A DNA stretch of 64,000 nucleotides from Desulfovibrionaceae bacterium (GTDB lineage Bacteria > Desulfobacterota > Desulfovibrionia > Desulfovibrionales > Desulfovibrionaceae): positions 36,473 to 100,472 of the forward strand of contig JAVBNM010000003.1 in NCBI GenBank assembly GCA_031551565.1, given 5' to 3'. Positions 8,608 to 17,107 of the stretch are shown in pieces. The notes beneath the pieces were generated by a model, which made no database searches, was not told where the DNA came from, and worked only from the letters and a program-made list of their open reading frames with translations. A program made the translations under genes and the position numbers. How positions within the stretch are numbered: position 1 is the stretch's first letter; each line of letters starts with the position of its first letter.

Positions 8608-11505
8608 ATGAATATGCACGGTTTTACCCTGATCAGGGAAACGCAAGTCAAGGAACTGTCCAGCCGGGCCCGTCTGTGGAAGCACGATGCCACCGGAGCC
8701 CAGCTTTTGTCTTTTTGCAATGTCGACGAGAACAAGGTTTTCGGCGTGAGCTTTCGCACGCCTCCCCCTGATTCCACCGGCGTGGCCCATATACTTGAGC
8801 ACTCGGTTTTGTGCGGGTCGGAAAAATATCCGGTCAAGGAGCCGTTTGTTGAATTGCTCAAGGGCTCGCTGCAAACCTTTCTGAACGCCTTCACCTACCC
8901 GGACAAAACCTGCTATCCGGTGGCAAGCGCCAACCGGCAGGATTTTTACAACCTCATGGACGTCTACATGGACGCGGTTTTCTTTCCGAGGATCACCGAA
9001 GACATCTTGAAGCAGGAAGGCTGGCACTATGAGGCCGACACAGCAGACGGGCCGCTTACCTTCAAGGGGGTTGTCTACAACGAGATGAAGGGCGTATTTT
9101 CCTCCCCAGAGGCGGTAATGAGCCGCCAGTGCCTGCACAATCTTTTTCCGGACAACGTCTACGGGCTTGAGTCAGGCGGAGATCCCGAGGCGATTCCGGA
9201 TTTGACCTATGAGGCCTTCAAGGACTTTCACCGCCGCCTTTACCACCCCACAAACTCCCGTTTTTATTTCTGGGGCGACGACCCCGAAGATGTCCGCCTG
9301 GAAAAGGTGGGCGCGGTGTTGTCTCGCTTCAAGGAGTTGAAGGCGGATTCAACGATCGGCATTCAGCCGAGTTTTTCCGCCCCGCGCCGGGTTGTTGTTC
9401 CCTTTGCCTCGGGCGGGGACGACAAGGGCATGGTGGTTGTGAACTGGCTCTGCTCGGACGTGATGGACGTTGAGACGTCTCTGGCCTTCAAGATGCTTGA
9501 CTACATGCTTCTTGGCATGCCGGCCTCGCCCCTGCGCCGGGCGTTGATAGAGTCCGGGTTTGGCGAGGACTTGGCCGGGCAGGGCCTTGAGGCCGAGTTG
9601 CGCCAGCTCACCTATGACGTCGGCCTGAAAGGCATTGATGTGAATGACGCCGATAAGGTTGAGGCCCTGATCCTTGACACTCTGGCCGGGCTTGTAAAAG
9701 ACGGCCTGCCGGACGCCCTGGTCGAGGCGGCCGTGAACACGGTCGAGTTTTCTCTGCGCGAGAACAATACAGGCCGTTACCCCGTCGGCCTTGCGATCAT
9801 GCTGCGCAGCCTGACCACCTGGCTGCATGACGGCGACCCCCTGGCCCCACTGCAGTTCGAGGCCCCTTTGGCGGAGATAAAAAGGCGTTCTGCTTCGGGG
9901 GAGCGCTATTTCGAGGGGTTGCTCTCCCGGTGGTTCATCGAAAATACGCACCGCGTCACCGTAATCCTCTCCCCGGACGCCGGTCTTGGCGCAAAGCGCG
10001 AACAGGCTGAAAAAGACGTCCTGGACAGGGCCGCCAAGTCCATGAGCCGCGAGGAGCGCGAGGCTGTGGTCAGGGAAACCGAGTTCCTCAAGGCCTGGCA
10101 GGCCGCGCCTGATACCGAGGAGGGCTTGGCTACAATTCCCAGGCTGTCTGTTTCAGACCTTCCGCTTGAAAACGCGAAGATTCCCAGTGAAAAAGGAGCG
10201 GCCGGCGCGGCGCCGATTTTGTTCCATCCCTTGCCCACCGGCGGCATTTCTTATGTCAGCGCCGCTTTTGATGTCTCCTCCCTTTCCGGGGCGTCTCTTC
10301 AGATGCTGCCGATGATGGGCCGCTGCCTGCTTGAACTGGGCACCAAAAAACGCAGCTTTGAAGACCTGAACATGACCATTTCCTGTAAAACCGGCGGGAT
10401 GGACAGCGGCGTTCTGCTGCTTACCCATGCCGAGGGCCGCGAGCCGGTCTCCCGCATGCTCCTTGAGGGAAAGGTCGCTCCGGACAAGGTCGAAGAGCTG
10501 TTTGCTTTGATGCGGGAAGTATTGAACGACCGCTCGTTCGACCACAAGGAGCGGTTTTCCAGAATGGTCCTTGAGGAAAAAGCCCGCCTGGAGCACGGCC
10601 TGATTCCTTCCGGCCACAGTGTCGTGTCTTCGCGTTTGAGAGGACGCCTCTCCAGAACCGGCTACCTGGGCGAACTCACCGGCGGAGTCTCTTACCTGCT
10701 GTTCATCCGCGAGTTGGTCGAGAAAATCGAGAAGGACTGGAAGGGTGTTCTCAAGTCCCTCGAAGTTTTGGCCGACGAGATATTCTGCTCCTCCAGGCTT
10801 TGCATGAACGTCACCGCCCTGGATGAGCAAAAAACGGCCCTTATGGATATGTGTTCCGGCTTTGCCGCCAGCCTCCCGGCCGGCAGTCCCGCAGTTCCGC
10901 TCGCTGCCGATCTGCTCGCCGGCCCGCGCGCCGAGGCGTTTATCGTTCCCGCGCAGGTCAACTATGTAGGCAAGGGCATCAACCTGTGCGATCACGGCTA
11001 CAAGTGGCATGGCTCATCGCTGGTCATCATGAAGCAGCTTCGCACCGGCTATCTGTGGGAGAAAGTGCGCGTGCAGGGCGGGGCATACGGGGCGATGTGC
11101 TCGTTCGACCGCATGAACGGGTCTTTTGTTCTGGTTTCTTACAGAGACCCGAACATTCTGCCCACCCTGGCCGTTTATGACGGCGCGGCCGACTATCTGC
11201 GCCGCGCCCGGTTCAGCCAGTCCGACCTCAATGCGGCCATTGTCGGCGCCATTGGCGAAATCGACTCCTACATGCTGCCAGACGCCAAAGGGTCCGCCTC
11301 CTTTGCCCGCCACCTCATCGGTGACACCGAGCAAGCCCGCCAGAAGATGCGTGACGAGGCCTTGTCAACGACCGCAGACCACTTCAGGCAGTTCGGCGAA
11401 GCGTTGGCCGATTACGCAGCCAAAGGCGCAATAGCCGCTCTTGGCGGACAGGCCCTGGCGCGCGCGGCCGAAGAGAACAACTGGCAGATATCCATCCTGC
11501 TGTAG
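8608..11505 (+). CDS. Insulinase/M16C metallopeptidase (presequence-protease-like)
   Basis: Inverted zinc motif HILEH in STGVAHILEHSVLCGSEKYP; NAFTYPDKT; WEKVRVQGGAYG; SYRDP. GGAG SD before ATG 8608. Confidence 0.92.
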   Translation: MNMHGFTLIRETQVKELSSRARLWKHDATGAQLLSFCNVDENKVFGVSFRTPPPDSTGVAHILEHSVLCGSEKYPVKEPFVELLKGSLQTFLNAFTYPDKTCYPVASANRQDFYNLMDVYMDAVFFPRITEDILKQEGWHYEADTADGPLTFKGVVYNEMKGVFSSPEAVMSRQCLHNLFPDNVYGLESGGDPEAIPDLTYEAFKDFHRRLYHPTNSRFYFWGDDPEDVRLEKVGAVLSRFKELKADSTIGIQPSFSAPRRVVVPFASGGDDKGMVVVNWLCSDVMDVETSLAFKMLDYMLLGMPASPLRRALIESGFGEDLAGQGLEAELRQLTYDVGLKGIDVNDADKVEALILDTLAGLVKDGLPDALVEAAVNTVEFSLRENNTGRYPVGLAIMLRSLTTWLHDGDPLAPLQFEAPLAEIKRRSASGERYFEGLLSRWFIENTHRVTVILSPDAGLGAKREQAEKDVLDRAAKSMSREEREAVVRETEFLKAWQAAPDTEEGLATIPRLSVSDLPLENAKIPSEKGAAGAAPILFHPLPTGGISYVSAAFDVSSLSGASLQMLPMMGRCLLELGTKKRSFEDLNMTISCKTGGMDSGVLLLTHAEGREPVSRMLLEGKVAPDKVEELFALMREVLNDRSFDHKERFSRMVLEEKARLEHGLIPSGHSVVSSRLRGRLSRTGYLGELTGGVSYLLFIRELVEKIEKDWKGVLKSLEVLADEIFCSSRLCMNVTALDEQKTALMDMCSGFAASLPAGSPAVPLAADLLAGPRAEAFIVPAQVNYVGKGINLCDHGYKWHGSSLVIMKQLRTGYLWEKVRVQGGAYGAMCSFDRMNGSFVLVSYRDPNILPTLAVYDGAADYLRRARFSQSDLNAAIVGAIGEIDSYMLPDAKGSASFARHLIGDTEQARQKMRDEALSTTADHFRQFGEALADYAAKGAIAALGGQALARAAEENNWQISILL

Positions 11506-11511
11506 GCAAAT

Positions 11512-11578
11512 GAGGAACCGGGAGGGGGCATCAAGGAAATTAACTGCCTGATGACTCCTCCCCGGTCCTCTTTTTTTT
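11512..11578 (+). terminator. Intrinsic terminator after the M16 peptidase
   Basis: Long imperfect stem GAGGAACCGGGAGG...CCTCCCCGGTCCTC followed by T8. Confidence 0.8.
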
Positions 11579-11831
11579 GTGCTTTCTCGCATAGTTGGGC
11601 ATGATCTGCATTTGCTCGCGCAGCGCTGCCCGTGGAGAGGCCTTTTGGGATTTGTTGTGTGCGTATGCGAACAGTGGTGTTTGCACTAACACACACTGTG
11701 CGTATTCGCTCTGCTAATTGGCGTGAGATGGTGCTGCTCACGCTTGACACAACAGCTTTTAGAAAATTTTTCTGTTCGTAACAAGTTGTATTTATAAGAA
11801 AAAACGTGGATGGGGGGGTGGATGCTCTTTG

Positions 11832-11848
11832 TGGCACGATAGATGCAT
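11832..11848 (+). promoter_or_regulatory. Sigma-54 (-24/-12) promoter
   Basis: TGGCACGATAGATGCAT: GG-N10-GC with a perfect TGGCAC; predicted +1 near A11858; no CDS follows on +. Confidence 0.7.
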
Positions 11849-11857
11849 ATTGAAAGT

Positions 11858-12014
11858 AAAGGCGAACAGAGCTGACCCCCCCCTTTAAAATGTCAGCACG
11901 ACAACTTCCCCCCAAGTTTGTTGCCTGCATAATGAGCAGCATCCCCCCTTGCTGGCTCATCTCCCCCCCCCATTTCAGAAAACCCTTGGCCCCCCTCCAA
12001 GGGTTTTCTGCTTT
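11858..12014 (+). ncRNA. Candidate ~155-nt structured sRNA with poly-C loops
   Basis: Four consecutive hairpins (11871-11897, 11899-11923, 11932-11960, 11976-12010), five C-runs (C8, C6, C6, C9, C6), upstream sigma-54 site, and a terminal stem with a U-tract. Confidence 0.6.
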
Positions 12015-12294
12015 AGGCGGCCAAAACCATCGTCATCTTTTTGCTTGTCAAATTTCGCCTGACCCACCGGATTGCGCGGGCAAACCATAAGGGCGGGCAA
12101 GCAATACGCGCAATATAAGCGGCATTGGCACCCATCGCCTTACCCGGCATGATGATATAACAGCAGGTGGCTATAAGGATATTCTGAAAGGGATAAAGGA
12201 AGGGTGGCCTGGGAGGCGGGAGAACACAGTTCCTGTGCCTGCGGCCATCATGGCAATCGCCCTGCTGGCCCGTCCGCCCCCCATCTGCAGTTTT

Positions 12295-13053
12295 TTATTG
12301 CATTTTGCCAAGGCGGGGGATGATGCCCTTGAAGAGGTTGAGGACTTTGTCCACGTTCTGCTGGAATACGGCCAGGACGGCTTCCCAGGTCACAGTTTCC
12401 TCGCCTTCGCGCCAGCAGTCGTAGTCGGTGCTCATGGCGACGGCGGCGTAGGGCAGGCCCAATTCGTTGGCCAGCATGGCTTCAGTGGCCACGCTCATGT
12501 TGATGATGTCTGCTCCCATGCTCCGGAACATGTGCGACTCGGCTCTGGTGGAGAAACGCGGTCCCTCTATGGTGACGAGCGTGCCGCCGGCGTGGTGGCG
12601 GTAACCGAGCCCTTTGAGTTCATCGAGCATGATCTGGCGGATCTGTTCGTTGAAGGGGTCCGGCATGGCCGCATGGGTGGGTTTGTGCGGCTCAAAAGTT
12701 TCGTGGTAGGTCATTTTGCGCTGGCGGGTGAAGTCGATGAACTGGTCCGGCACGATGAGATCTCCGGGGCGTATTTCCTCGCGCAGGGAGCCGACCGCTG
12801 TGCTTACGACCAGCATGTCGCAGCCCACGCTTTTGATGGCATGCACGTTGGCCCTGTAGTTGACCTGGCTCGGAGGTATGGTGTGTTCGCGTCCGTGGCG
12901 CGCCAGAAGCACTACGGGCACCCCGGCAATTTCGCCCTCAAGCAGGCTGGAAGAGGGCGATCCCCAGGGGGTATCGATGTTGAGTTCCTTGGAGTTGCTG
13001 AATAAATCCGGGTTGCCCAAGCCGCTGCCGCCAATGATTCCTATCTTTTTCAT
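12295..13053 (-). CDS. mtnP: S-methyl-5'-thioadenosine phosphorylase
   Basis: IGIIGGSG, LARHG..HTIPPSQVNYRAN, IEGPRFSTRAES, INMS..TEA and STDYDCW motifs. Confidence 0.92.
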   Translation of the reverse strand: MKKIGIIGGSGLGNPDLFSNSKELNIDTPWGSPSSSLLEGEIAGVPVVLLARHGREHTIPPSQVNYRANVHAIKSVGCDMLVVSTAVGSLREEIRPGDLIVPDQFIDFTRQRKMTYHETFEPHKPTHAAMPDPFNEQIRQIMLDELKGLGYRHHAGGTLVTIEGPRFSTRAESHMFRSMGADIINMSVATEAMLANELGLPYAAVAMSTDYDCWREGEETVTWEAVLAVFQQNVDKVLNLFKGIIPRLGKMQ

Positions 13054-13164
13054 CGCCGTCTCCTTTAAAGATTAAAGCCGCATGTATGGGGGCGCAAAAC
13101 TGTCCTAAAAATGGCGCCGCCGCGCGATTTTTGCCCGGCGGCGCTCTGTCTTTGCCCAGTTTGC

Positions 13165-13665
13165 CTATGAGTCCATTTTAATAAGGGCTTTGATGCCGTG
13201 CTTGTTCAAGTAGGTGAGGTCGGCCACCGCCAGTTTATCCACAACTTTATAGCCCGCCTTCACGGCCAGTTCTTCGGCCGCGAGCAGGGTGTTGCCCAGG
13301 GCGATGACGTCGTCGACCAGCAAAATTTTCTCGCCGTTTCCGTGTTTCATTTCCAGTGTTTCTGTGCTGTATTCGCTGCTATAGGTAATTGCTACGACAG
13401 GGGGAGGCAGCTTGCCTTTTTTTCTGACCAGGACCAGCCCCTTGCCCAGGGCTTGGGCCATGGCGGAGGCGAAAATAAAGCCTCTGGCTTCAATGCCGGC
13501 GACAAATTCAAAAGAGGACGGATCTACCATCTCGATGAGCGCCTTGGTGAGTTCCGGCAGGGCATGCATGATGAGAGGCGTGATGTCCTTGAAGGAAACT
13601 CCCGGCTTAGGGAAATCCTGAAGCAGGGTAATATATGATCTGAACTTATCGGCACTGGCTGTCAT
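13165..13665 (-). CDS. apt: Adenine phosphoribosyltransferase
   Basis: DFPKPGVSFKDITP, GIEARGF, VRKKGKLP, and PRPP loop LLVDDVIALGNT. Confidence 0.88.
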   Translation of the reverse strand: MTASADKFRSYITLLQDFPKPGVSFKDITPLIMHALPELTKALIEMVDPSSFEFVAGIEARGFIFASAMAQALGKGLVLVRKKGKLPPPVVAITYSSEYSTETLEMKHGNGEKILLVDDVIALGNTLLAAEELAVKAGYKVVDKLAVADLTYLNKHGIKALIKMDS

Positions 13666-14275
13666 AAACTACCTCCCAAAAAAACTGTTAAATTTTTATA
13701 TCCATGCCTTGGCAAGAACTCCTGCCCCATCGTAAATGCCGCTTGGCGGCGACTATTTTTATATAACAAGATATCTTTATTGTAAAGTGAGCTACGCCGC
13801 CAGGACGGCAGGAGAGTCGGGGCAAAGGCGGCGCCTGAAAAGATTGCCTGACCCGGAACTGTTTTTGTTAAAAACTATGCGGCTGGAGGGGGGAAAATCA
13901 TTTAAAAATGGTTCTGTTTTTGTTACTGTGAACGGGCTTTGCAAGGGGCGCCTCCTGGTATGCATTCGATGGGATTTTTCTTGGTTTTTTGTAATTTTGT
14001 ATTTTTAGAAAAAGTATATGAGCTGTCCTTCTGTTCGTTATCAACTGCTGAAGTTTTCAAGTTTTTGACTGTTATTTTCTTAAACAGATACTGGATTTTC
14101 TGTTGACGGGCTCTGCTGACGGCATATTCAGGCGTGGACTGGTTATTGCATTTTTGCTGAAGATGGCGGGGCTGTGGTTCACGGCTTCCCCATTAATCAA
14201 CTAAAAGGCGCTGCTATGCCCGCTTCCGGGGTGCATCCCGGTTTTACTGTACCAAACGTGTAAGGGGACGGGCGG

Positions 14276-15511
14276 ATGAGTCAAAAGGAAACGAATGTGA
14301 CAAAGAAGCAATACCATTCAGTGTTAATTTACGTTCTGCTGTTTTTTGTATTCATCACGGCCGTGGTTGTGACTCTGAACATCAAAAACTCAATGAATCT
14401 GCGCTCGATTTTGACCGACAGCGTCAAATCGCAGCTCATCTCCACATCCATTGCCGCCAGGGAAATGCTGGATGTCAAGGCCTTCGTGCAGTATGACGAC
14501 GAATCAGTCGCCGAACTTGATTCATATCAGGCCATCCTGGGCAAGCTGCGTAGTCTGGCCGCTAGCTCGGGGGCGAAGTATATTTACGCCCTGAAAAAAA
14601 AGGGCGACGGATATGTGTTCGTCTTTGACACCGATGAGGAAGATGCTGCCATATTCGTTCCCTACGAGCTGGCGCAGGTGCATAAAGATGCCTTTGCCGG
14701 GCGCAATTCGGCCGACGTCATGAACGTGGATGACCAATACGGCAGCTTCAATACCGGAGCGGTGCCCATTATTTACAAAGGGGAAGTGGTTGGGGTGATC
14801 TGCGCGGATATTGAGGATGCTTACCTTGAGTCAAGCTACAGCACCGCCGTGTGGAACTCGGTTCTCCTGATCGTCATTCTGGTCCTGACTCTGACGGTCA
14901 TGTTCGCGGCCCTGGTAAAGCTGCTGGGCCGCATCAGGCAGATGCAGGGCAAGCTGCGCCACCAGGCCCTGTATGACAACATCACCGGCCTTCCAAACCG
15001 CCAGTATCTCATGGACCACCTGGAAAAAATCACCACCAGACCGGAAAAAGAGCCATTCGCCCTGTTCTTTGTCGATCTTGACAACTTCAAGCAGGTCAAC
15101 GACAGCGCCGGACACGACGCCGGCGACGATGTGCTAAGACAAATCGCCGTCTACCTGGACAACGCCCAGGACAACGCCAAATCATTCCGCCCTTCGGCCG
15201 GCCGGCTCAACATAGCCGCGCGCGTGGGCGGAGACGAGTTTATCCAGGTTGTAGACGGTCTGGACTCGGCGGACAAGGCCGCCGAAGTCGCCCAGCACCT
15301 CCTCGACGGATTCAAAACAACCAACCTGAGCCGCTACATTGAAAAATACAACGTAGGCCTGAGCATAGGCGTGGCCCTCTACCCCTACGACACCGAAAAT
15401 ATGCACGTCCTGATCAAATACGCGGATATCGCCATGTACCACGCCAAACACGGCGGCAAAAACCAGTACCGCATATACGAAGACGAAATGGGCCAGGAAA
15501 AAAAGGATTGA
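14276..15511 (+). CDS. Membrane-bound diguanylate cyclase (periplasmic sensor + GGDEF)
   Basis: Two TM segments flank a sensor region; DNITGLPNR, DLDNFKQVND..GH and intact GGDEF; no RxxD I-site just upstream of GGDEF. Confidence 0.9.
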   Translation: MSQKETNVTKKQYHSVLIYVLLFFVFITAVVVTLNIKNSMNLRSILTDSVKSQLISTSIAAREMLDVKAFVQYDDESVAELDSYQAILGKLRSLAASSGAKYIYALKKKGDGYVFVFDTDEEDAAIFVPYELAQVHKDAFAGRNSADVMNVDDQYGSFNTGAVPIIYKGEVVGVICADIEDAYLESSYSTAVWNSVLLIVILVLTLTVMFAALVKLLGRIRQMQGKLRHQALYDNITGLPNRQYLMDHLEKITTRPEKEPFALFFVDLDNFKQVNDSAGHDAGDDVLRQIAVYLDNAQDNAKSFRPSAGRLNIAARVGGDEFIQVVDGLDSADKAAEVAQHLLDGFKTTNLSRYIEKYNVGLSIGVALYPYDTENMHVLIKYADIAMYHAKHGGKNQYRIYEDEMGQEKKD

Positions 15512-15576
15512 CCGCCTGGAGAGGAAAGGCACGGCCGGCGGAGCAGCGCTCTGAGCGGCTTGGCCGGACAGGCTTG

Positions 15577-15638
15577 GCTTGCCCCGGGCTGCGTTCGCCC
15601 CGGGCTGCGCTTGCCCGGACTGCGCTTGCCCCGGCTGT
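15577..15638. repeat. Four degenerate 15-16-bp tandem repeats
   Basis: GCTTGCCCCGGGCTGC / GTTCGCCCCGGGCTGC / GCTTGCCCGGACTGC / GCTTGCCCCGGCTGT. Confidence 0.8.
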
Positions 15639-15759
15639 GTTTGGTCAGGCCGACATGGCGGACGAGTGAGCTTTATCCCCCTTTTTCATCCGGCCATCTG
15701 GACGAAAGAGGGGGATTTGTTCTGCGCGGCGATGGCGCTTTCCGGGCTTTGCGCGCGCT

Positions 15760-16974
15760 TTATGGCCGGCGCAGGGGGATAAGTTCCAGCACTTTTTTTT
15801 GATAAGTGGCTATGATGTGGAAAAGGCGGTTCTGGGGGACGTATATATATGGCACGTCCCGGCGGCGGCGGTAGAGGAAGTAGGACAGGATCATCCTGTT
15901 TATGGCCTGATGCCCGATGATCAGGGTGCCGGGGCGGCCGCCGGACAGGAAAAGGGCCTTGCGCAGGCCCCTGCCCACCCGCTTTCGCAACGTGGCATAG
16001 CCTTCCCCGTTAGGGTAGACGTAGTTGTATTTGTCTCTTGCCCTTGCCTCAAACTCGCCGGGGTGTTCGGCCCTGATCTCATCATAGGTCATGCTGTCAA
16101 AGTCGCCGGCGTTTATTTCATCCAGCTCCTGGAGGGGAATGCAGGTGGCTTTCGGATGTTTTTCCATGATCGGCCGGGATGTTTCAATAGAGCGTTTGCG
16201 GTGGGAGGTGAAGATGTAAAGCACCTCCTTGTCCTGGAAGAATTCGGCCAGGTCTTCGGCCTGCTGGTGTCCTTTCGGGGTCAGGGATGAGTCGCCGCCG
16301 ACCCTGCCCTCAATATTGAACATACTCTCGCCGTGCCTGATGAGGTACAGCTCGCGCACCCAATCTGAGACCAGAATGTTGCGGATAGGGATGTAGTAGG
16401 GGATGCGGCGATCAAACTTTTCCTCAATGATGCGGTTTCGCAAAGAGTCGACCCTGAAAAAACAGGCCTCGGCCCCAAGGGGAGTGAAGATCTGCCTGTA
16501 ATAGCTGATGCGTTTTTTAAAACTGCTGACAGCATCTTCAAAGGGAAGTTGTGAAAATTCCGGAAGTTTGGCTTTGTTGCCGATGGCCAGCTCCAGTATT
16601 TCCGGATCATCAAACCAGCATTCCACAAAGACGATCGGGTAGTCCCTGAAATATACTTCCAACTCCACCCGGCGGGCGCGGCTTGCGTTGGTCGCGTCTA
16701 TTATGGCGATATCGCCTCGTTCTTCAAGGTATTGCCTGGCCATCTTCCGGCTTATCCTGGCAATTTGCTCGCGCATGCCCAGGCCCACGAGGTTGCTGGG
16801 ATCGTAAAATTCCGGATTGGCAGAATCCCCGCCGCAATGGGTGCGCCGCAATGCTCCATTGTTGAATATCCTGACATTGAGCCCTTCGGCCTCCAATCCT
16901 TCGCAAAGGCGCATGGCCACGGTCGATTTGCCGCTGGCTGGCAGCCCCACCATGATTATGCATAGTTTATCCAT
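15760..16974 (-). CDS. Bifunctional 6-phosphofructo-2-kinase/fructose-2,6-bisphosphatase homologue
   Basis: Kinase P-loop IMVGLPASGKS, FNNG..RR and IIDATN; histidine-phosphatase LYLIRHGES..N, DEINAG, YPNGEGY and GHQAINR. Confidence 0.88.
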   Translation of the reverse strand: MDKLCIIMVGLPASGKSTVAMRLCEGLEAEGLNVRIFNNGALRRTHCGGDSANPEFYDPSNLVGLGMREQIARISRKMARQYLEERGDIAIIDATNASRARRVELEVYFRDYPIVFVECWFDDPEILELAIGNKAKLPEFSQLPFEDAVSSFKKRISYYRQIFTPLGAEACFFRVDSLRNRIIEEKFDRRIPYYIPIRNILVSDWVRELYLIRHGESMFNIEGRVGGDSSLTPKGHQQAEDLAEFFQDKEVLYIFTSHRKRSIETSRPIMEKHPKATCIPLQELDEINAGDFDSMTYDEIRAEHPGEFEARARDKYNYVYPNGEGYATLRKRVGRGLRKALFLSGGRPGTLIIGHQAINRMILSYFLYRRRRDVPYIYVPQNRLFHIIATYQKKVLELIPLRRP

Positions 16975-17107
16975 CAGCGACCCCGTTTAGTTCCGTTTTG
17001 CCGTGAGCCTGGACAAGCCGACAACCGTCAGTATAGTTTTACACACGCCAATTGCCGCTGCAAAGCGGGCAAAGGAGCAGAGCGGACCCGAGGTAGAGAG
17101 AACCACA

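Noticed and set aside
11412-11960. 182-aa minus-strand ORF (and 11890-12090 + ORF) over the candidate sRNA
   Set aside because: No SD or recognisable motif, and the composition reflects homopolymer runs; the hairpin/promoter/terminator pattern explains the region better.
11858-12014. Reading the hairpin array on the minus strand as a CsrB-like GGA sponge
   Set aside because: The minus loops are poly-G rather than ANGGA. The sigma-54 site and the G-U pair favour +. Not fully excluded, because the last stem could terminate in both directions.
12077-12115. GGGCAAACCAT resembling the c-di-GMP-I riboswitch
   Set aside because: Lacks the GNRA-capped P2 stem and the GACGCAAAGC segment, and no gene follows on +.
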